Shown here in pieces: positions 17,951 to 25,937 of a stretch of DNA of 59,586 bases. The notes under the pieces were generated by a model. That model was not told where the DNA came from and did not search any database. It saw nothing but the letters and a program-made list of their open reading frames with translations. The DNA comes from Candidatus Chloroploca sp. Khr17 (GTDB taxonomy: Bacteria > Chloroflexota > Chloroflexia > Chloroflexales > Chloroflexaceae). Made by a program: the position numbers and the translations under genes. The stretch is from positions 33,982-93,567 of the forward strand of contig NZ_RYFF01000020.1 in NCBI RefSeq assembly GCF_004138165.1. The letters run 5' to 3'. Each line of letters starts with the position of its first letter. Position 1 is the first letter of the stretch.

Positions 17951-20134
17951 ATGGGAAGGGAGCAACCCCGTCGGTTCTCTGGTCGCACGTCGGGTCGTTT
18001 GATCGGGTTATGGCTGCTTGTGGTGCTGCTTGGGGGCGCGTTGGCCTTGCCCTCGCTCTTGGCTGCAGCGTCACGTCAGGCGAGTCTCGCCAGTTGTGCC
18101 CAGGTTCCCGTGGTCGAAGCGGGTACCGAGTTGGCGCAGTCTTTCGCCCAGACGGCCTCAGGGGCAGCCTGGGTTCGTTTGATGGTCGAACAGGATCAGC
18201 GCTATCGGCTCGAGGTGAGTGAGGCTGCCGCGCTGCAACTGAGTCTCTATGACCATTGTAGCCGTGGTGGCGCATCGTTTGCATTATCGAATGGCACGCT
18301 TGAGTTTACCGCGCTGCGTGATGGACCACTCTTTTTGCTTGCCGAGCGCAACGGGCGTGCTGTGGCGAGTGAGGCGAGTTTTGCCGTCAGTCTGGCCCCC
18401 GCCGCGCCGCATCGCCCGAACCTCGCCCAGAGTCAAGAGGTGCCCGAGGCGGTGCAACGCCGGGCGATTGAGTTTCTCGAAGAGTTGCGCGGCAGCGACC
18501 TTGCCCCGGAATGGGTCGAGGCTCGCCTGAGCCGCGATGTGCGCATCATCTATCGCCCTGATCTGCAAACTCCAGCCTATTACGAATTTAGTGTTGAAAA
18601 ACCAGGGCCAAATGGCTATGATCCGGCTGGGTTTATTCAGCTTGCCGCCGGCGAGCATGATTATCCGGTAGCGCACTGGGATGTCTCGGGCATGTCGCCG
18701 ACCCAGGAGTTGGCCGAAATTGCGCCGCTCGGGGCGAGACTGACCGAGTTTTACAAGCTCGATGCGCTCTCGTATGCCTCGGAGTATGAAGCGATCACGC
18801 CGGTGGGGATCAGCGCCGTGGTCGATGATGTCGTGAACCTTGGCGATCTGCCGCAACGCATTCCGGGTCTGAGCGATCTGCCGCAGGAAGAAGCCGAACT
18901 GGTGACCGAAGGCGTCGACTCGGAGGGCAATGTGGAGCGTGAAGGCCCCGAAGAATTGCCGCTGAGCGAACAGGAAGAGTGGCCTTCATGGGAAGCGTTG
19001 AAGAAGGAGTATGAGACCGCCTACGCACCGTTGCTTGCCGCCCAGACGCAACGGGTCGAAGAGACCTGGAAACTGGATCAGAACCTGCGCACCAACGGCG
19101 AGACGTTGATTCGTGGGGATCTCCGTGAGGTCTTTGGTTTGCCGAATCAGCCGATTACCGCGATCAATGTGACGGGCGACGGTACCACAGCGCAGTATCT
19201 CCAGCAGGAGCAACTGACCGAAGAGACGCAGTTGCGCGGTGTTCGGCTGGTGGTGCTTGATGAGCCCACCGATCCCGCAACGCTGCTGCCGGTCAATGTT
19301 GAAATTACTTATGGAAGCGGTCTTTCCGAGACAGTCAAGTATGCGATTGCCAACAGTCAGGCCCTTGGTCTGACGGGAAGCAATGTCGTCTATTTGCCGG
19401 TCGTCACGCAGGGTGGTGCTGGTACCGCTGAAGTTGCGCTGAGCCAGACCGGGGCAGAGCTCAACGGATGGGGCCCGTGGCAATACTGGTGGGCCGACGG
19501 CAATGCTGGCGGCATTCGCTACGGCCAGTTTACTACCGGCGGTTGTGCCAGCGGCTGTGGTGCCACGGCCTGGTCGATCCTCTTTGCTTGGGTTGACCGA
19601 CGGGCAGCCGAGAATCACCCGCTCTGGCGCAATCACTGGGGGCTCTACCGCGAAAATGGTGGCCTCGGCAGCAATGCTGTTGCACCGTTGAGCCAGGATA
19701 CCGGTGTGCGCAATATGACGAGCGAGATCCGTGGGCAGATAGGCACCTTCTGTATTGCCGGCAGTGGGGCGACCTGGCCGTGGCGGATGATTGATGCGTC
19801 CAAGTATGTGCGGCCACGGGCAAGCACCTCGTGGCGCATGAATACGCGCTATGATCCGACGGGGCTCTGCTGGTTTGGGGCATGTGACCGCAACCGCAAC
19901 CTTGCCCGTGATCAGATCATCAATCGGCGTGCGCCAGCCGTGGTTGGGACCGGCTGGTTGCAACATTACCCGGTCGCCTATGGCTACGCCCAGCGCCGCA
20001 AGCGCTCATGCTTCCTCTTTATCTGCAATACGAGCTATCAGCGTAGCTTCTATGTCAACAACGGCTGGTATGGCAACAATAACGGCTGGACAAGTGCCGA
20101 TGTCTGGTTTGCTGGGGTCTATAATAATCCGTGA
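17951..20134 (+). CDS. Secreted or membrane-anchored hypothetical protein of about 727 aa. The C-terminal region has a Cys/His-containing block reminiscent of papain-fold thiol peptidases. That assignment is speculative.
   Basis: Start placed at the ATG before a hydrophobic segment (GRLIGLWLLVVLLGGALALPSLLAAA). The ORF track's earlier M at 17861 lacks any signal-like features. C-terminal motif GGCASGCGATAWSILFAW ... HYPVAYGYA. Confidence 0.55.
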   Translation: MGREQPRRFSGRTSGRLIGLWLLVVLLGGALALPSLLAAASRQASLASCAQVPVVEAGTELAQSFAQTASGAAWVRLMVEQDQRYRLEVSEAAALQLSLYDHCSRGGASFALSNGTLEFTALRDGPLFLLAERNGRAVASEASFAVSLAPAAPHRPNLAQSQEVPEAVQRRAIEFLEELRGSDLAPEWVEARLSRDVRIIYRPDLQTPAYYEFSVEKPGPNGYDPAGFIQLAAGEHDYPVAHWDVSGMSPTQELAEIAPLGARLTEFYKLDALSYASEYEAITPVGISAVVDDVVNLGDLPQRIPGLSDLPQEEAELVTEGVDSEGNVEREGPEELPLSEQEEWPSWEALKKEYETAYAPLLAAQTQRVEETWKLDQNLRTNGETLIRGDLREVFGLPNQPITAINVTGDGTTAQYLQQEQLTEETQLRGVRLVVLDEPTDPATLLPVNVEITYGSGLSETVKYAIANSQALGLTGSNVVYLPVVTQGGAGTAEVALSQTGAELNGWGPWQYWWADGNAGGIRYGQFTTGGCASGCGATAWSILFAWVDRRAAENHPLWRNHWGLYRENGGLGSNAVAPLSQDTGVRNMTSEIRGQIGTFCIAGSGATWPWRMIDASKYVRPRASTSWRMNTRYDPTGLCWFGACDRNRNLARDQIINRRAPAVVGTGWLQHYPVAYGYAQRRKRSCFLFICNTSYQRSFYVNNGWYGNNNGWTSADVWFAGVYNNP

Positions 20135-20165
20135 GACAAGGGGGCCATAGGCCCCCTTGTCTCAC
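20133..20165 (+). terminator. Hairpin immediately at the stop of the preceding gene. A second hairpin follows at 20188-20208 (gtgggggcc-tac-ggcccccac).
   Basis: gagacaagggggcc-atag-gcccccttgtctc. Confidence 0.55.
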
Positions 20166-20240
20166 GTTCAGCCTTCGGCTAGGGAGGTGGGGGCCTACGG
20201 CCCCCACGCCCTGCTGGGATAGCGCAGGAGAAGCAGCATC

Positions 20241-23200
20241 ATGACACGGATGACCTCGTATGCGCTTGGGATCACGATGGTGGGCTTGATCGGCCTGCTG
20301 GTAAGCCTGGGAACCGCACTTGGGGCGGCATCGAGTCGTAGCGGGACTCAAGCCTTTGCGCTAGCCTCAGGTATACGAGCGCCCCTCTCTCCTGCCCCTA
20401 TCGGGACGCCCATCGCTGTATCGCACGGTGTGGCGGATACGACGTTGCCGGATCTGGTGATTACGGCGCTTAATCTGACGCCATCCGACCCTGGCGAGGG
20501 AGGTACTGCCGATATTGAGGTGGTGGTCAAAAATCAGGGCACCGCCGCAACGTCGGGCCGCTTCACTATCTATCTCTATGTTGAACCGACCGATGAACCG
20601 CCAACTGAGCAGACTGAGTATACGACCTTTGCTGGCTATGCGCTGACGTTGCCCCCCGGGGGGACGTTTAGCTTTACCCGGTTTGACCAGCAATTTACGC
20701 GCACACCGCCGACGGTCTATGCCTGGGTTGATCCGCCATGGGAAAATTTCATTACCGAGTTAAATGAAGCAAATAATCTCTTTCCACAGGTTGCTACTGG
20801 GGTTGATACCTTTGAAGATGATGATACGTGTGTTCAGGCGAAACCCATTCTAACCGATGGGACGCCACAGAGTCGCAATTTCTTTCCGAATTCGGGGCGT
20901 GAACGTGATGTTGATTGGGTGACGTTCAATGCGGTCGGTGGTGTCACCTATGCGGTCGAAGCGAGTCCGACCGGCGTTGATGCTGATCCAATTATTGAAC
21001 TCTACAGTACCTGTACAGGGGCACCGAGTTTTAGCAATAAAGTCATTACCGAATTCACTGCCCCTGCCGATGGCCCGATCTTTTTGCGGGTTCTTAATAA
21101 CAAGACCGACGCTGGGCCTGATCATCCTTACACGCTTCAGGTAACGAACGATAGCGCCTGCCCGAATTATTTCGAGCCAAATAATAGTGCCGCTACCGCT
21201 GGCGATTTGCCGCTTGCGACCGTGCAAACTCACAGCTTTTGCAAGCCTGCCGATCACGACTGGGTACGCCTGGCGGTTGAGGCGGGGGCCAGTTATCGTG
21301 TGGTTGCGACGAACGTCGGGCCACGAGCGAACGCGATCCTTGAACTCTATCGTACGCTTGAGGCGGCAACGAGTGCGGCAAGCGGGGCTACCATCGAGTT
21401 TATTGCGGCAGAAACCGGCCATGTCTATCTCAAAGCGGCCCAGGTTGAGCCTGAGGTTGCTGGTAGTGGCACTGAATATACCCTGCGCGCCGAGCGTCTG
21501 AGTGCCTCGGGGTGTACGCCGGATAGCTTTGAAGATGACGATACGCTTGAACAGGCCGGTTCAATTGCGGCTGATGGAACCACCCAGACGCGCAATGTCT
21601 GCCCTGAAGGCGATCTGGATTGGATCAGTTTTACGGCCAATGCGGGAACGACCTATACCATCGAGACGCTGAATCTGGGTGAAGCGGCTGATACCGTGAT
21701 GTGTCTGCATACCAGCACTGGTGAACAGATCGCGTGTGATGATGATGGCGGCACCGGCAAAGCCTCGCGCCTGAGCTTTGAACCGCCCGTGAATGGCAGC
21801 TATCTGTTGCAGATCAAGGATTTCTCGCCAACTGTTGCGGGTGATCTGACCAACTACGATCTCAAGGTGACACAACGCATTTGTCAGCCCGATGTCTTTG
21901 AGGATGATAATAGCCGTGATAGTGCGCGGGTCGTTGTTGTTGGAAGCGCAGCAACCAACCGCAACTTCTGCCCGGCAGGTGATGAAGACTGGATCGCCTT
22001 TGTCGCTGACGAAGGCAAAAATTATCTGGTCGATGCGATTGCGCTCGGTGCCGAAGCCGATACGCTCGTTGAGTTGTACGACGCCAACCAGGTCTTGCTC
22101 GCGCTCAATGACGATTTTACCCCCGGTACCAGTTCGCAGGTGAGTCTGGCCGAGGCTCGTGCAGGCAACTATTTTGTCCGGGTACGCCAGTATAATCCGA
22201 GCTACCAGGGCATCGGCACCGAATATTCGTTGCGTGTCCGCGAAGGTACTGCGGTACCTCCGCCGACGCCTTCCCCTGGCCCAACCCAGGGACCCTCGCA
22301 ACCCCCAGGGGAGACCGACGTGCGGACGTTGATCCTCTTCAACGAGACGCGTTTTGGGCAGATCCATAGTGTCGTCGAGGCCACTGAAGTTTTGACGCGC
22401 CTTCAGGCTTTAGCGCAACATCCGCAGGTGAGCGGCGAGCTTGTTTTGCTTGACGATAATGCCCAGGTTCAGGCTGCTTATGCCGCCTGGACGGCCGATC
22501 TTGGCAATGTCGAAAAAGCGAATCAGGTGACGGCCGCCATTCGTGCGGTTGTTCTGACCTATCAGCAACAGCGGAGTGGCCTCGCATATCTGGTGCTGGT
22601 TGGCGATGATCGGGCGCTTCCGATGCGGCGCATCTTCGATACCACCCCACGCTCATCAGAACGAACCTATCCGCATGTCAGTACGAACAATCCCGCCGGA
22701 GTGGCCCTCAAGGAGAACCACTATCTCACCGACGACTACTTTTCAGATCGCGAGCCAGCCGAGGTTAACGGGCGCGAGCTCTTCATCCCTGATCTCGCCA
22801 CCGGACGCCTAGTTGAAACGCCTGCCGAGATCATCGCTCAGCTCGACGCCTTTCTCGCACGCCAGCGCACCACAGTGACCAATACCTTGATCACTGGTTA
22901 CGATTTTGTGCAGGATCTTGCCGCGGCCGATTGCGACGACTGGCGAGCCGATCTGGGCATTCCCCGCATTGATTGCACGCTGATCGGCGATACCTGGACG
23001 GGCGATCAACTGCGTGCGTTGCAACCACGCACAACGTCGCCGTTTAATATTCAAATCTTCAATGGTCACGGAACCCACTATGCCCACGGGGTACCGGTGG
23101 GCAATGCGTTGCGCGCCAACGAGGTTGCCGAGGGCACCGCCGATCTACGTGGTGGCCTGATCTATTCGCCCGCCTGTCATGCTGGACTCAATTTGCCCCC

Positions 23201-24395
23201 GGCCAATGAAACGAACCCGCTTGATCTGCCGCAGGCCTTTGCCGGTCGCGGGGCCAGTTATATTGGCAATACCGGCTATGGCTGGGGTATGCGCAGTGCC
23301 GTCGGTCTCTCGGAACGCATGATCCGGCTCTATACGCAAGAACTGCTCAAAGGCACGCGGGCGAGCATGGGCCAGGCGCTGGCGACAGCAAAAAGCCTCT
23401 ATTTTCAGCAGGGCCAGTCTTTTTCCAGTTATGACGAAAAGGTGATGCAGCAACTGGTCTTTTATGGCTTGCCGATGTATGAAATCGAGACCGGGGCGGT
23501 GCTCTCGGGCCCGGGCAATGAATTCCCCGGGGTCGGGTTCACCCCGATCCTGCCGGGTGGCGGCGCCGCACTGATGAGCAATGGCTCAGTCTTGACCGGC
23601 TCGGTGGCGATTGACTTTCGCAACGCCGAGAATCTTGCGCTGTCAGAGACCGACGATGGCGGCTATTATGCGTTGAATGGTTCGGTGCAGACGGTACCGG
23701 GCTTGCCAGTGCAGCCGTTGCACTTTGGCAACGTGACGGCCCCCAACCTGGAGGCTCGCGGAGTCTTGTTGCTCGAGGCGACCTATCAGGAAGCCGAGCC
23801 GTTCGATCCGCTCATTGCGGCCCCCTTCAACGAATATCAACCCGATAATGAGCCTGGCGAGCTGGCCCAGGCCCGTGGGCTCTTCCCGCTTGTCCCAGTC
23901 TCGATCCAGCGCCATAACCAAACGTCGAGCCTGGTAACGCAACTTGGCCAGTATGATGCGGATCTGGGATCTTTGCGCCTGCTGAACGACGTCAATGCCG
24001 AAATCTACTACAGCCTCTCAGAGGAGCAGTTTTCACGCGAAACGACCGTCATTGACGGCATTACCCGTGTTGGCACTCCTCAGGTCGAAATTAAAGTTGG
24101 TACTGTTGAAGTTGCCGGGATCGAACGAGTTGTCTTGTCGTATATTCAAGACATCAACCAGGCCGCCCGCCAACTGCAATCAATGGATCTCACCTACGAT
24201 CCACGCTCACAAAAATGGGTTGGCTCGTTCCAGGGTGACACCAACTCGCGCTATCTCGTTCAGATCGTTGACAAGGCGGGCAAGATCACCGTTGCCGCCA
24301 ACAAAGGCCAGTATTACACTCCGGGCCTCGTGACTGCCGCACCGGATACGTCGTGTACCGGCCGTTGTGTGTTCCTCCCGCTGGTGAGTCGTTGA
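20241..24395 (+). CDS. Giant secreted protein. It has a signal peptide, a CARDB-like domain, five tandem PPC-like beta-sandwich domains, and a C-terminal clan CD (caspase/gingipain/CHAT-like) cysteine peptidase domain. Its C-terminus is ...CVFLPLVSR.
   Basis: AGGAGA Shine-Dalgarno sequence then ATG. The His-Gly ... Ala-Cys dyad is present (FNGHGTHYAHG ... GGLIYSPACHAG). The repeated PPC blocks each begin with FEDDDT/FEPNNS/FEDDNS. Confidence 0.8.
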   Translation: MTRMTSYALGITMVGLIGLLVSLGTALGAASSRSGTQAFALASGIRAPLSPAPIGTPIAVSHGVADTTLPDLVITALNLTPSDPGEGGTADIEVVVKNQGTAATSGRFTIYLYVEPTDEPPTEQTEYTTFAGYALTLPPGGTFSFTRFDQQFTRTPPTVYAWVDPPWENFITELNEANNLFPQVATGVDTFEDDDTCVQAKPILTDGTPQSRNFFPNSGRERDVDWVTFNAVGGVTYAVEASPTGVDADPIIELYSTCTGAPSFSNKVITEFTAPADGPIFLRVLNNKTDAGPDHPYTLQVTNDSACPNYFEPNNSAATAGDLPLATVQTHSFCKPADHDWVRLAVEAGASYRVVATNVGPRANAILELYRTLEAATSAASGATIEFIAAETGHVYLKAAQVEPEVAGSGTEYTLRAERLSASGCTPDSFEDDDTLEQAGSIAADGTTQTRNVCPEGDLDWISFTANAGTTYTIETLNLGEAADTVMCLHTSTGEQIACDDDGGTGKASRLSFEPPVNGSYLLQIKDFSPTVAGDLTNYDLKVTQRICQPDVFEDDNSRDSARVVVVGSAATNRNFCPAGDEDWIAFVADEGKNYLVDAIALGAEADTLVELYDANQVLLALNDDFTPGTSSQVSLAEARAGNYFVRVRQYNPSYQGIGTEYSLRVREGTAVPPPTPSPGPTQGPSQPPGETDVRTLILFNETRFGQIHSVVEATEVLTRLQALAQHPQVSGELVLLDDNAQVQAAYAAWTADLGNVEKANQVTAAIRAVVLTYQQQRSGLAYLVLVGDDRALPMRRIFDTTPRSSERTYPHVSTNNPAGVALKENHYLTDDYFSDREPAEVNGRELFIPDLATGRLVETPAEIIAQLDAFLARQRTTVTNTLITGYDFVQDLAAADCDDWRADLGIPRIDCTLIGDTWTGDQLRALQPRTTSPFNIQIFNGHGTHYAHGVPVGNALRANEVAEGTADLRGGLIYSPACHAGLNLPPANETNPLDLPQAFAGRGASYIGNTGYGWGMRSAVGLSERMIRLYTQELLKGTRASMGQALATAKSLYFQQGQSFSSYDEKVMQQLVFYGLPMYEIETGAVLSGPGNEFPGVGFTPILPGGGAALMSNGSVLTGSVAIDFRNAENLALSETDDGGYYALNGSVQTVPGLPVQPLHFGNVTAPNLEARGVLLLEATYQEAEPFDPLIAAPFNEYQPDNEPGELAQARGLFPLVPVSIQRHNQTSSLVTQLGQYDADLGSLRLLNDVNAEIYYSLSEEQFSRETTVIDGITRVGTPQVEIKVGTVEVAGIERVVLSYIQDINQAARQLQSMDLTYDPRSQKWVGSFQGDTNSRYLVQIVDKAGKITVAANKGQYYTPGLVTAAPDTSCTGRCVFLPLVSR

Positions 24396-24424
24396 CCTAA
24401 GCTTTGTGACAAAGGGTGACTGTT

Positions 24425-25918
24425 ATGCGTATGTTATTCACGGCCGTGCTGGTCTTTGCCGTCGTTGTGCTCGTTGCGACGACGCGCTATCCAGCCGAAG
24501 CTCAGGGAACCTTGAGCGCCAGTACCAGTTTCAACTACCAGGGTGTGCTGACGACTGATGGAGCACCAGCCAGTGGAAGCTTCGATCTGCGCTTCATTCT
24601 CTACACTGCTGCCACCGGCGGCTCGCAAGTTGGTGCGAGTCTTTTGCGCGAGGATGTCACGGTCAACCGTGGGCTCTTTGTGGTAGCGCTTGATTTTGGA
24701 GATGTCTTTGATGGCGACCCGCGTTTTCTCGAAATTGCGGTGCGCCAGGGTGGTTCCACGGGTGAGTTTACGATCCTTTCGCCCCGCCAGGAACTGACCA
24801 GCGTGCCGATGGCGATCTTTAGCCAGAATAGCGTCAACAGCCAGAATAGCGTCAACAGCCAGAATAGTGTCACGAGCGAAAGCACCAATGCTTTGCGTGA
24901 GCAACCCATCGCCGAGACTGCGCCAACCAGCGGCCAGGTCTTGAAGTGGAACGGGACAGCCTGGTCACCGGCGGCTGACAATAATACAACCTACAGCGCT
25001 AGTACCGGGTTATCGCTTGCAGGCACCACCTTTAGTGTCAACTTTGGTGGCAATGGCAGCTCGAGCCTCATAGCCCGGGCGGATCACACCCATCTTGGCT
25101 CATTGTGGCGCGGTGATGTTGGGTTCACCGCGCTGTGGGTCGAAAACCAGTCGACGGTGAGTGGCGCTTCGGGGGTGGTCGGCATCAGTGTCGCGGCGAA
25201 CGGCTTGAGTGGGCGGAGCACGTCGGGCAACGGCGTGAATGCGGTCAGCACGTCGGGGAATGGGGTGAATGCCAGCAGTTCCACAGGTACCGGTGTGCGT
25301 GGCGTCAGTTCGGCTGACAATAGCGTCGGGGTCTGGGGTCGCAATAGTTCCGGGGGATGGGGTGGCTATTTCGAGGGTCGTGTCACCGTGGTGGGCACCT
25401 TGAGCAAGTCGGGCGGCTCGTTCTTGATTGATCATCCGCTCGATCCGGCCAATCGCTATTTGAGTCACTCGTTTGTCGAGTCGCCCGATATGATGAATGT
25501 CTACAATGGCAATGTCGTGCTTGATGCCAACGGACGCGCCGAGGTCACGTTGCCCGACTATTTCGAGGCGCTCAATATCGAGTACCGCTATCAGTTGACG
25601 CCGATTGGCGGCGCGGCCCCCAATCTGCATATTGCCGAAGAGATCGTTGACAACCACTTTGTGATTGCCGGGGGTTCAGCGGGGCTCAAGGTCTCGTGGC
25701 AGGTGACGGGCATTCGCAATGACCCGTGGGCACGCGACAACCGGATCATTGTTGAGCAGGAAAAGATCCCGGCCGAACAGGGCACCTTCCTCTATCCAGG
25801 GGCGAATCCTGACGTGACAGTACAGCCGCAAACAACGCCTGGCGAGCCAGGGCCAATGGTCCCGGCTTCATCTGGTACGACGGTAGATGTCCCTGCGCCT
25901 GCTGATGTGTCCCGCTAG
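24425..25918 (+). CDS. Secreted hypothetical protein with short peptide repeats (SQNSVN x3; SGNGVNA x2) and a conserved-looking C-terminal domain of unknown function.
   Basis: N-terminal signal MRMLFTAVLVFAVVVLVATTRYPAEA. An 18-bp DNA tandem repeat lies at 24826-24879. No recognisable catalytic motifs. Confidence 0.6.
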   Translation: MRMLFTAVLVFAVVVLVATTRYPAEAQGTLSASTSFNYQGVLTTDGAPASGSFDLRFILYTAATGGSQVGASLLREDVTVNRGLFVVALDFGDVFDGDPRFLEIAVRQGGSTGEFTILSPRQELTSVPMAIFSQNSVNSQNSVNSQNSVTSESTNALREQPIAETAPTSGQVLKWNGTAWSPAADNNTTYSASTGLSLAGTTFSVNFGGNGSSSLIARADHTHLGSLWRGDVGFTALWVENQSTVSGASGVVGISVAANGLSGRSTSGNGVNAVSTSGNGVNASSSTGTGVRGVSSADNSVGVWGRNSSGGWGGYFEGRVTVVGTLSKSGGSFLIDHPLDPANRYLSHSFVESPDMMNVYNGNVVLDANGRAEVTLPDYFEALNIEYRYQLTPIGGAAPNLHIAEEIVDNHFVIAGGSAGLKVSWQVTGIRNDPWARDNRIIVEQEKIPAEQGTFLYPGANPDVTVQPQTTPGEPGPMVPASSGTTVDVPAPADVSR

Positions 25919-25937
25919 CGATGGAAAGGCAAGCCTC

